Shown here in pieces: positions 8,661 to 18,372 of a stretch of DNA of 18,455 nt. The stretch is from Octopus sinensis. Lineage: Eukaryota. The notes under the pieces were generated by a model, which was given only the letters and a program-made list of their open reading frames with translations, searched no databases and was not told where the DNA came from. The stretch's first letter is position 1. Every line of letters starts with the position of its first letter. The stretch is taken from contig NW_021824522.1 in assembly GCF_006345805.1 (NCBI RefSeq), forward strand, positions 1-18,455, written 5' to 3'. The translations under genes and the position numbers were made by a program.

Positions 8661-9294
8661 CTGTGGGAATGGATGAATGAAAGGCAAGAGAGAATCGTTC
8701 ATGAATATATATATATGTTAGTATATATGTGTGTATATATATGCTTGTGTGTATATGTGTGTGAGTTTGTATGTGAACGTGGGCGACGGCATGTTTTTGT
8801 GTACTTGTGTGCGTGTCTGTGCTCATGAGCGTGTGTGTGTGTTTATGTGTGTCTGTATACATACATACATATATATATATATAACCACATGTACATATGC
8901 ATATATATATATATAATAGTAGAAATATGTTACAAAAAAAAATATAAAATATAAAATAAACGTGGAAATGTAAGTGTAAAATATGAAAAATCAACGAAAA
9001 TGCACATTGCAAAAGAAAATGGCTATTTATGACAGGTAACGACAAATATATACATTTAGATTGACTGAGGTAGTAATACGAGTCATAATTATGAGATGAT
9101 TATAAGATGATAATAAAGTAAGAGAACAAAACGGACCATGGTTTACGCAAAGCTATTTATCGTTTGAAAAACACCGACTAATACACGGTGCCAGGTCTAA
9201 TAGTGCCTGAGAAAAAAGATTATTTGTAAGGGAGGTAAGTAGAGATGTGAGTGGTGTAGGACGTGTATAGGGGTTAGTGGTTTCAATTGAAGAG

Positions 9295-9849
9295 TTAGTG
9301 GTGTTCTGTATTGAGTTGTGTGTTCATATTTAGTTGGGGAAGAAATTTATTGATGAAAAATGCATCTTTATTCAACCTTTGTTGCATTGTAGTGTTCTGT
9401 GAACATTGGTAAAAGGGAAATATTTGGAAATTGGGATTAAGATTCCTGGCACACCTTTCTATATGTTCACTCACCTTTAACTGTCTGTATTGTGGGTGAC
9501 GGATTTGCTCTTTGTGAATGGTGATTCTTTGACGGAGCGAAATTCCTGTTTGTCCAATATAGAGTTTACCACATCCTATGCATGTCATGACATAGATTAG
9601 ATTTACTGAGGCAGAGGTGAAATTTGATTTGATTTTAAATATTTCTCCTTGTTTGAATTGGAATTCTGAACCCCCCAGAAGGTGGGGGCATGTTCCACAC
9701 AGTTAGAACGTCCACATTTTGTCACTTTTGGCTCTGTTGTTAGTGGATACGTCTATAGCGCTGGTTCATATTTTTTTCAGTGACTTCGGTTGCTTTTTTT
9801 GCTTTTTATAATTTTATATGAGCTTAAAATTTCGTTCATTGTTTTGTCA
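9295..9849 (-). mobile_element. Penelope-like element, 5'-truncated: linker plus GIY-YIG endonuclease, frameshifted
   Basis: In-frame reading upstream of the ORF gives FKQGEIFKIKSNFTSASVNLIYVMTCIGCGKLYIGQTGISLRQRITIHK..VSEH..PQLN, with the LIY/YIG motifs, conserved R and CCHH residues. Further upstream, across frameshifts, are KCGRSNC/GTCP and MNEILSSYKIIKSK/QPKSLKK, typical PLE linker sequence. Confidence 0.88.
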
Positions 9850-9863
9850 CACACACACACCCC

Positions 9864-9943
<80 letters not shown>

Positions 9944-9985
9944 TATTTATAACTACAGAAACACACACACAAACACACACCTCAC
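9848..9985. repeat. (CA)/(TA)n microsatellite
   Basis: Read directly from the sequence. Confidence 0.93.
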
Positions 9986-9996
9986 ATATAGTATAA

Positions 9997-10309
9997 AAGC
10001 ACATGACTCAGGGGTTAACACAATCGTGAAGTAGTGGGTTTAATTCCAGGACCTGGCTCTGGGAGTTGTGTTCTTGAGCAAGACGCTTTATTTCTCGTTG
10101 CTTCAGCTCGCTCAGCTGTAGAAATGAGTTGCGACGTCACTGGTGCCAAGATGTATCGGCTCCTTTGCCTTTCCTTTGAATAACATCGGTGGTGTGCAGA
10201 GGGGAGGCTGGTATGTATGAGTGATTGCTAGTCTTTCCTAAACAACCTAGCCTGCACTTGTGCCTCGAAGGGGAATATTCTTGATGCAGTCCCACACTCA
10301 TTCATGACT
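9997..10309 (+). mobile_element. SINE family C (tRNA head, CORE-like motif)
   Basis: Degenerate A and B boxes (catgactcagggg; gggtttaattcc) and ttgtgttcttgagcaagacgcttta. It aligns along its length with the reverse complement of 12853-13182. Confidence 0.88.
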
Positions 10310-10320
10310 ATATATATATA

Positions 10321-11328
10321 ACTTAGAATAACTTAGAAAGGTTTTGGCTAGTATTGGCCCAGGCCATGTCTAACTTAATAGCACCACCTGGTGAAGTCTT
10401 TCAATTCAAGATTTGGGCACCAAGGCCCATTCGAGAAGAGAGTTATTGTTTGCAGAGACATATCCAGGTGTGGGTGGTTTGTCCGGGACTGCTTTAAGGA
10501 ATTTGTCCGAAGACTTCTTGAATTTTGTGTGGTCAGTTTTTGTGTTGACGTGTCCTGGTGTAATGTTGAAGAGAGCGGGGCCAATTGAGGTGAAATAATT
10601 GTGCCTCATTGTTGTTATCAGATGCGATTTAGATTTTTGTTGTGGACGGATGGCACGGGGTCCAAGTTTAGGATGTATTTTGAAGGTGATGCCAACATCA
10701 TTTGGACAGAGCTGATGGAATATTTTCCACATCATACAAATAATGTAGCGTTCATGGCGTCGTTGGAGTGAATAGAGTTTCAGCTTTTCTAGTCGACCCC
10801 AGTAGTCGAGGTCTGACATGCCATCTATCATTTTCGTGATTGACCTTTGGGGAGCTTCAGTTTTCATAATATTTTGTTTTGTGTAGGGAGACCACAGTGA
10901 ACAGCAGTATTCAAGGTGGTATCGGGCAAAAGTGGAGAAGAGAAGGATAATGGTGTGGGAATCTCTCGACTGGAAGGTTCTGAGAATCCAGGAACACATT
11001 CTGCGGGCCATGTCAACTTTGCTGCTTATATGTGTAGCCCAGCTTATGTTGCTGTCCACAGTTACTCCCAAGTCTCTGATGTTGTTAGATGTCATGATAC
11101 TTTCACCAGAAGGAAGGGAGTATGGAAGTTTCAGAGTCCTACCTTCCAAAGTGGATCAGTTCGAATTTGTCTTCGTTTAGCAACATGCTGTTCTTTTCCG
11201 CTCATTGGACAACAACCAGTTGGTCTGACTGAAGGCTTATCCGGTCATCCACGCCATTAATAACCTTCTGGAGCTTGGAATCATCAGCGAAGATTCTGAT
11301 ATCACTGTGTTTGAAGATATCAGTAATT

Positions 11329-11330
<2 letters not shown>
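10321..11330 (-). mobile_element. CR1-type LINE, 5'-truncated: RT C-terminus plus 3' UTR, degenerate
   Basis: IRIFADDSKL (FADD at 11291-11280), a premature TGA at 11204-11202 and a frameshift near 11140. Then RDLGVTVDSN..HI..ARRMCSWILRTF..HLEYCCSLWSPY..QRSITKMIDG..RLEKLKLYSLQRR. The 3' end has a tandem short repeat (ttctaagt, twice). Confidence 0.92.
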
Positions 11331-11376
<46 letters not shown>

Positions 11377-11428
11377 ATGTATGTATGTATGTATGTATGT
11401 ATGTATGTATGTATGTATGTATGTATAT
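11331..11428. repeat. (TA)n(TATG)n microsatellite
   Basis: Read directly from the sequence. Confidence 0.93.
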
Positions 11429-11429
11429 A

Positions 11430-11516
11430 CAGTAATCCCTCGACTATCGCGGATGTTGCGTTCCAGCCCCCCAACCCCCGCGATAGGTGAAAATCTGTGA
11501 AGTAGAAACAGTACTG
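11430..11516 (+). mobile_element. Tigger/pogo-like (MER2-type) TIR fragment or tiny MITE
   Basis: TA|CAGTAATCCCTCGACTATCGCGG...TACTG|TA, with an internal perfect IR (ctatcgcgg 11444-11452 and ccgcgatag 11478-11486). The family resemblance is from recalled Tigger-type termini. Confidence 0.65.
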
Positions 11517-11567
11517 TACTTAGGCAGCCTGGTGATGGTTTAATGACCGAAAAAATGATAATAATAG

Positions 11568-11585
11568 TAATAATAATAATAATAA

Positions 11586-11617
<32 letters not shown>

Positions 11618-11621
11618 CGTA

Positions 11622-11663
<42 letters not shown>
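11568..11663. repeat. (AAT)n then (TG)n microsatellite
   Basis: Read directly from the sequence. Confidence 0.92.
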
Positions 11664-11664
<1 letters not shown>

Positions 11665-11724
11665 CGAGATGATGAGAGTGAGGTACATAGAAACACTGAT
11701 AGATCATAAGATTGTGTTTAACTT

Positions 11725-12117
11725 CTTTCTTTCTTTTTTTTCTACTCTAGGTACAAGACTGAAATTTGGGGGGAGGGGGCCAGTCGATTAGATCGATCCC
11801 AGTAAGCAATTGTTTGGTACTTATCGACAAGACAAAGTGGACCTCGGCGGAATTTGAACTCAAAGCGTAGCGGCAGACGTAATACCTATTTATTTACTAC
11901 CCACAAGGGGTTAAACACATAGAGGACAAACAAGGACTGACAAACGGATTAAGTCGATTACATCGACCCCAGTGCGTAACTGGTACTTATTTAATCGACC
12001 CCGAAAGGATGAAAGGCAAATTCGATCTCGGCGGAATTTGAACTCAGAACGTAACGGCAGACGAAATACGGCTGCGCATTTCGCCCGGTGTGCTAACGGT
12101 TCTGCCAGCTCGCAGCC
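11725..12117 (-). mobile_element. SINE family B, dimeric or composite copy
   Basis: Head ggctgcgagctggcagaaccgttag with B box gagttcaaattcc. The body gtatt(t/a)cgtctgccg..gagttcaaattccgccgag occurs twice (junction about 11886), each time with a different tail. Confidence 0.88.
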
Positions 12118-12260
12118 ACTTTACTTATTTTCTGATGTGAGTGTAGATTTATGTTTATACGTCTAATCGTTGCTTATTTTTAGTCACAAAAGTTATATAA
12201 ATGTTTCATACAATCTTATGGTAATAGTGTGTATGTTCTTATAGATCTTTCTCGTTTGAC

Positions 12261-12416
12261 AGGTAAACAGGATTAGATAGACAAATCTAGCTTTCATTCA
12301 ATCGGTGTTTAGGTCAACTGTTTATGTCGTCCGCGTCTCACTTATGTGTGCAACCAACCAGAATACCAACAGAACGAAGACGAGTGCCTACGCACGGTTC
12401 TTAATCCTGTTTACCT
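12261..12416. mobile_element. Candidate 156-bp MITE with perfect 15-bp terminal inverted repeats
   Basis: aggtaaacaggatta (12261-12275) and taatcctgtttacct (12402-12416). No clear TSD. Confidence 0.5.
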
Positions 12417-12437
12417 TATATATAACTATTATATAAC

Positions 12438-12814
12438 GGGCGTGGCTGTGTTGTAAGAAGCTTGCTTCCCAACCAAATGGTTCTGGGTTCAGTCCCGCTG
12501 CGTGGCACCATTGGCAAGTGTTTTCTATTATGGTTTCGAGCCGATCAAAGCCTTGTGAGTGGATTTGTTAGACGGAAACTGAAAGAAACCCGTCTTCCAT
12601 ACATATGTGTGTGTGTGTGTTTGTGTGTGAGCCCCCCCCCCCCTCATCACCTGACAACCGATGTTGGTGTATTTACGTCACCAGTTTGGCAAAAGGGACC
12701 GATAAAATAAGTACTAGGCCTACGCAGAATAAGTCCTGGTCAACTAAAGTCGGTGCTCCAGTATAGTCGCAGTCAAATGACTGAAACAAATGCAAAAAAA
12801 AGAATAAAGGAATA
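12438..12814 (+). mobile_element. SINE family A, full length (tRNA head, CORE-like motif, central TG tract)
   Basis: A box tggctgtgttgtaa, B box ggttcagtccc, CORE-like cattggcaagtg, 3' end gtcgcagtcaaatgactgaaac and an A-rich tail. tRNA-derived SINEs (OK, OR1, OR2) are known from octopus, but I cannot assign this family without an alignment. Confidence 0.9.
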
Positions 12815-12852
12815 TACATACATACACATACATATATATATATATAAAGATA

Positions 12853-13182
12853 CTTTTCGGTCAAGTACGATCATGAGGTTGCACCTATAAGGTTACCCTC
12901 CGAGGCACAAGTCCGGCTAAATTTGTTTATGGAAGACCGTCACCCATGCATACCGACCTCCCCTCTCCATGCCGCCGATATCATCCAAGAGAAAGATAAA
13001 GAGGCCGATACATCTTGGCACCAATGACGTCACAACTCATTTCTACAGCTGAGCGAACTGGAGCAACGCGAAATAAAGTGTCTTGCTCAAGAACACAACG
13101 CTACACAGCCCGGTCCAGGAACTGAACTCACTACCTCAAGAGTCTGAATCCAATGTTCAAACCACTGAGCCATGCGCCTTCA
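12853..13182 (-). mobile_element. SINE family C, full length
   Basis: On the minus strand: A box tggctcagtggt, B box gagttcagttcct, and ttgtgttcttgagcaagacacttta. Homologous to 9997-10309. Confidence 0.9.
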
Positions 13183-13189
13183 TCATATA

Positions 13190-13200
13190 TATATATGTGT

Positions 13201-13239
<39 letters not shown>

Positions 13240-13425
13240 TGTGTGTGTGTGTGTGCGTGCGTGTGTGTGTGTGTGTATATTTGCGTGTGAGTGTGTGTGT
13301 ATTAATATTTAGCAGAAGCAACAGAGTGTATCAAACCTATATGTGTATGTGTATGTGTGTGAGTGCATGGGTGCGTTAATGCCGCTGTGTATGTGTGTAT
13401 ATGTATATGTATATATATATATATA
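13190..13425. repeat. (TG)/(TA)n microsatellite
   Basis: Read directly from the sequence. Confidence 0.9.
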
Positions 13426-13585
13426 TCCTGTTCTCTCTGTTTAGGTTCAGGACCCAATTCTGTAATAACTTAGGTCCTCAATTAATCTGCCAAAACAGCT
13501 CAGAGATCTGTGATGTTCATTTTCCTCAACGTGCGAACGAATCTGCCTACTCGCTGTCTTACATTTTTAGTATAAGTATTACTAA

Positions 13586-14087
13586 CGATTATCGTAATCG
13601 CGCCGGATAATATGCTTATCGGTATTTTGTCCGTCTTTACATTCTAAATTCAAATTTCTTCGAAGTCGATCTTACCTTTCATCTTTTTGTGGTCAATAAA
13701 ATAAGTACCAGGTTGCCAGCTTGCCTAATGGCAAGTGGGCTCCTGCGCCATTAGAATCCATAAATCGGAGCCCATGTTGGGATCTAAGGGGCCCATCCCC
13801 CCAAGTTTGAGAAGTTTTTATTCACTCTTGGAAGAATGCATTATTTCAGCCTGGCTGTGCTTGTAGAAAGTTGAAAAGAATACTTTTAACAAAAAAAAAA
13901 AGGAAAAATTAAATATCATTATAGGTGCGGTGGCCCCCCCCCCTTGTAGTTGTGGTTGGGCCCTCTTAGTCTCCTGGCAACCAATATTTTTAGACCCAGT
14001 CCGCCACTGCTGGGGTCGATATAATCGACTAGACGCCCTTCCGCCAGATTTCAGGCCTTGTGCCTTTCGGAAAAAAGAATTATTATT
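13586..14087 (+). mobile_element. SINE family B copy split by an insertion (5' part 13586-13710, 3' part about 13992-14087)
   Basis: The 5' part ends at aaataagtacca. The sequence resumes as cagt..actgctggggtcgatataatcgact..tttcaggccttgtgcc, the continuation seen in the intact B copies. Confidence 0.8.
13711..13982. mobile_element. Candidate hAT-like MITE nested in SINE B
   Basis: Terminal IR ggttgccag (13711-13719) and ctggcaacc (13974-13982). GC-rich subterminal gggcc/ggccc motifs surround an AT-rich centre. The imperfect 8-mer agtaccag/agacccag may be a decayed TSD. Confidence 0.55.
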
Positions 14088-14287
14088 GGCGAAATACTTA
14101 GCGGTATTTCTTCCGTCTTTACATCCCGAGTTCAAATTCCGCCGAGATCGATTTTTGCCTTTCCTCCCTTTAGGGTCGATGAAATAAGTACCAGTTACGT
14201 ACTGTGATCAATCTAATCGACTAGCCCCTTTCCCAAAATTTCAGCCCTTGTGCCTATAGTAGAAAGGACTACTACTACTACTACTAC
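14088..14287 (+). mobile_element. SINE family B, 5'-truncated, with a (CTA)n tail
   Basis: gagttcaaattccgccgag..gtaccagttacgtactg..ttgtgcctatagtagaaagg(act)n. Confidence 0.88.
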
Positions 14288-14300
14288 TTCTATTGTTAAT

Positions 14301-14523
14301 AAGGCGACGATTTGATAGAATCGTTAGCACGTCGGACAAATTGCTTAGCGGTGTTTCGTCCGGACTTACCCTAGGAGTTCGAATTCCACCGTGTCTTTCA
14401 TCCATTCGAGATCGATTAAAGTACCAGCAGAGTACTGAGGGTCGTTATAATGAGCTAAGCCCCTAACCCGAACTTGCTTACCTAGTGTCATAATTTGAAA
14501 TAACAATTATTATTATTATTATT
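14301..14523 (+). mobile_element. SINE family B, full length and diverged, with a (TTA)n tail
   Basis: Head aaggcgacgatttgatagaatcgttagcacg with B box gagttcgaattcc. Confidence 0.8.
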
Positions 14524-14574
14524 GAAGTATTTTGTTATTGTTTGATGATGTACTTAATCTGTTCAAGATTTCGT

Positions 14575-14822
14575 TGACGTTGCTGTTGTTGCGGTTATTG
14601 TCGACGCTGATGTTGCTGTTGTCGTTGTTGTTGTTGTTGTTGTTGTTATTGTTGTTGTTGTTGTTGTTGTCGTTGTTACTCTTATTGTTGTTTCCTGTTA
14701 TCTGTAATCGAACGTTTTTCCTTTGCCTACTGACTACAAAGTAATCAATAGCCTCAATGTGGCATTTTTATCTTATTGATTTCGCTTGCTTTACGTTTGT
14801 TTGTTGTCTGCTGTGTGTGTGT

Positions 14823-14859
<37 letters not shown>

Positions 14860-14882
14860 AAGAAAGAGAGAGAGAGAGAGAG
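14575..14882. repeat. (TTG)n, (TG)n and (GA)n microsatellites
   Basis: Read directly from the sequence. Confidence 0.88.
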
Positions 14883-15059
14883 CATGTGTATGTGATTTAA
14901 AAAGTGTGTATATTTACATTATCTATATCTAACAGAATAGGTCAGTGTTTGGCTAAACTGCCTTATAATTTGATGGATGGTTACAGCTTTACAGATTGAG
15001 TATATATTCACCCATCAGACGGTATATATATTGGGACATACATATACGACAACACAAAC

Positions 15060-15078
15060 TATGTGCATATGTGTGTGA

Positions 15079-15116
<38 letters not shown>

Positions 15117-15441
15117 TATATATATTGTTTCCAATATGTCTATCTAAGTTTCTGACACTAAAATACGTTTAAATACCGACCTGATTATGGGACGCATTCT
15201 AGGTATATATATATATCCAAGAAGCACCTAAGCGTTTGTGCAAGTGCTCGTGCGTGTAAATATGTATATATATATATATATATATATTATATGTGTGTGT
15301 GTGTGTGTGTGTACATATAAATATGTATGTATATAAATATATATATATGTATGCATATATATGTGTATATATATATGTCTGTATATATCGCATATGTATA
15401 TATATATATATATGTATATGTATATATGTGTGTGTATAAAT

Positions 15442-15473
<32 letters not shown>

Positions 15474-15624
15474 CCATATATATATGCATATATATATGTG
15501 CACACATATATTACTATATATATAGATAGATAGATATATACATATATATACATTCATATATATACACATACATGCACATAATATACATATATATGTGCGT
15601 ATATGTATATATATATATATATAT

Positions 15625-15666
<42 letters not shown>

Positions 15667-15670
15667 TATA
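15060..15670. repeat. TA/TG-rich microsatellite block
   Basis: Read directly from the sequence. Confidence 0.88.
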
Positions 15671-16579
15671 TTCAGTAAATCACAAAAGTTTCTACTAACT
15701 TCTCCAGACAGAACTGTCACCTCGAGCAATTTACAATTTATTTATAACAGCAACCTCATCATATACAGTTCCACAGTCTCATATTTTTTTCAGCAATTTC
15801 TCTTCTTACTCAGCATAAAATTGTTATTGTCTTCCAATCCAAACCGTGCAGAATTACCTATATACAACAATTTCAGGACAATACGTATGATCATATTGCT
15901 TAAACATTAGAACAATACCTCAAATATGTTTTGATTATAATTTTAATATTTGATATTTCGTCTTGGGATTTGGTTTGCAAGATTCTTTATATGAGTTCGT
16001 GTGTTGAAGCATACTCTGATGTGTCTGGGGAGAGTCATTTTCTTTTTGTGCCTTATATATTTGAATTTCTCTTTAACTCCAGTGTTATGACACGGCGTAA
16101 TGTATATAGATATTACGTTATTTTTAGTGAGTTACCTTTAAGGTTTGTTTTCATTTTTTATTTTATCAAAGTGGTATGTGAAGCATGATGGCGTGTTTCA
16201 GGAAAGATGTGACTTCCATTTGAAGTATTCTCATCATGCTGAACTTCAGTTCTATCTGGAATAAGTTCTTAATTTTCATGAAATTTTCTCGGACTCTGTA
16301 GAAAAGGACTTTTAGTATACTGGGGACTTAATTCAAACTATAGGCGTTCCTTCTTTACAGAATCCTCGCAGACAAGAAAAATTGGATGAACCATTAAAAC
16401 GGACAGACATTTAAGTGCATTATTTTGTGTGTGGAATTAGATAAAAAAGAATTGCACATAATGTAAGACTCTTGGCAGAAGAGACTTCTAAGAGAGGATT
16501 GTTGTTTTTTAATGCTCTAGGAGTAACGCCATGATTTTTCAAACGATACTAAGACAACGCTTGGTAGAACCGTTATCAC

Positions 16580-16610
16580 ATATCTATATGTATAACATAT
16601 ATATCATACA

Positions 16611-16686
<76 letters not shown>

Positions 16687-16806
16687 CATACATATAATAT
16701 ATATTATACGTATGTATGTATATATATATATATATATATATATACCTATTTATATATATAATTCATATATTACATCATATTACATCATATTATATCATAT
16801 TATATT
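16580..16806. repeat. (TA)n block plus a short (catattacat)-like tandem repeat
   Basis: Read directly from the sequence. Confidence 0.88.
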
Positions 16807-16839
16807 GCATTTGATGTCCTTTTCGCTCCTAATGTAAAT

Positions 16840-17056
16840 AAGGCGGTTGGCAGAATCGTCGACGCGCCGGAGGAAATGCTTAGCGACATTTCTTCAAACT
16901 ATCTACGTTCTGAGTTCAAACGCCGCTGAGTTTCATAATACCTTCCATCTTTTCGGGGTCGATAAAATAAACTACAAGTTGAACAGTGGGATCAGGAGTA
17001 CTCCACTTACCCCCACTTCTTATAACAGCTGGCTTTGTGCCACAATTTGACCCAAT
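16840..17056 (+). mobile_element. SINE family B
   Basis: aggcggttggcagaatcgtcg..ctgagttcaaacgccgc..cggggtcgataaaata..gctggctttgtgccacaatttga. Confidence 0.83.
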
Positions 17057-17063
17057 TATCAAT

Positions 17064-17281
17064 ATTGGCTCCAGATTTTGACACAAGGTCAGCAAGTTCT
17101 AGGAGGTTGGTAAGTCGACTACATCGTCCCCCAGTATACAACTGGTACTTAGGTTATCGATCCTAAAAGAATAATAGGCGAAATCAACCTCGGCGGAATT
17201 TGAACTCAGAGCATAAAGAAAGACGAAATGGCGCAAAGCATTTTGCCCGGCGTGCTAACGATTCTGTCAGCTCACCGCTTT
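17064..17281 (-). mobile_element. SINE family B, tail-to-tail with the previous copy
   Basis: The minus strand reads aagcggtgagctgacagaatcgttagcacgccggg..ctgagttcaaattccgccgagg..gctgaccttgtgtcaaaatctg. Confidence 0.87.
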
Positions 17282-17287
17282 ACCCAT

Positions 17288-17380
17288 GGTAAAGTTGACT
17301 TCCGATAAATACGAACTCAGAACGTAAAGACGGACGAAATGCCGCTAAGCATTTTGTCCGGCCTGCCAGCTCGCTGCCTT
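17288..17380 (-). mobile_element. SINE family B, 5' head only (3'-truncated)
   Basis: The minus strand reads aggcagcgagctggcagg..gcttagcggcatttcgtccgtctttacgttctgagttcg. Confidence 0.8.
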
Positions 17381-18009
17381 ACCCATTATTAATATTAGTT
17401 CCTTGGCTCCTTTTCTCTCGTCTGTGTGTTGTATTATGTCTAACCTAATAGTTAAATAACTGTAACACTAATACCTAAATAAAATGTGCGTCGATGATTT
17501 CATTAACTTATCTCTGTTTCTTTATCTAACACGATAAAACTGTTCCTACATTTATTTTATCAATTTCAATGTCTTCACGCAGACATTAACCTATTTCTCC
17601 AACCGAATGTCATGCTAATTTACTACCTTATCTGACATGGTTTCCACTTTGTCATCTGCAGCTTACAGCTTGAAATCATCCATATACAAGCTATGCCTGA
17701 TTGACAACACATCACGTACCGGCCAATTAGATTTACTCGGTCACTCTCGTTAAGCTGATAGCAAATCTCAAATGTAGACCGAGAAGAAAGAAAGTCCTTC
17801 GAATATCTCTCTTCTAAGAGAAATCAGTTTCATCTTTTTTGTTTTAAATTAATTCATCTATTTGGAACTGAACGATCGTCATTCAAAATGACATTAAAAT
17901 CGCGGTGTACCGAACTAAAAGACCATTCCATAAATATCACCTCGCAAAACGCGTCAGTCGTTCTCTGCAACGACCATGTTCATCTTAATATAGTGGCCCT
18001 TTTTTTTCT

Positions 18010-18215
18010 TTTTTTTTGGCCTTTATCTCTTGTTTTACTGCTTGGACTACGGCCATGCTGGAGAACCGCCTTGAAGAATTTTAAACCAACGAATCAACTC
18101 TCGTGCGTATTCGCTTAAGCCTGATACTTATTCTAACGGATATTTTTGCCGAACCGCAAAGTTACGGGGACATAAACACACCAGCATCGTTTGTCAGGCC
18201 ATCGTGGGGGAGAAA
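18010..18215 (-). mobile_element. SINE family A, 3' half
   Basis: The minus strand reads gatgctggtgtgtttatgtccccgtaactttgcggttcggcaaaa..caaggcggttctccagcatggccgtagtcc. Confidence 0.87.
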
Positions 18216-18227
18216 CACACGCGCTCA

Positions 18228-18315
18228 CGTATATATACTTATATATATATATATATTTGTATATATATATATCTATATATTCTCTATATATACATATATA
18301 TATATATATATATAG

Positions 18316-18368
<53 letters not shown>

Positions 18369-18372
18369 GGAG
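18228..18372. repeat. (TA)n(GA)n microsatellite
   Basis: Read directly from the sequence. Confidence 0.93.

Noticed and set aside
10391-11260. Plus-strand ORFs overlapping the LINE
   Set aside because: They are antisense shadows of the CR1 RT coding sequence.
12438-12510. tRNA genes at SINE heads (also near 13100-13182 and 12030-12117)
   Set aside because: A and B boxes are present but I could not fold a complete cloverleaf, and each head continues into a repeated SINE body.
13443-13610. Plus-strand acceptor (ctctctgtttag) followed by an open frame FRTQFCNNLGPQ..
   Set aside because: There is no convincing donor, the frame runs into a SINE, and the peptide is unrecognised.
16136-16295. Minus-strand segment with a good acceptor and an AAG|GTAACT donor
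   Set aside because: All three frames contain stops. It could only be a non-coding exon, and nothing here supports that.
17620-17830. Minus-strand open frame (..STFEICYQLNESDRVNLIGRYVMCC..) with possible donors
   Set aside because: The acceptors are weak and there is no recognisable homology.
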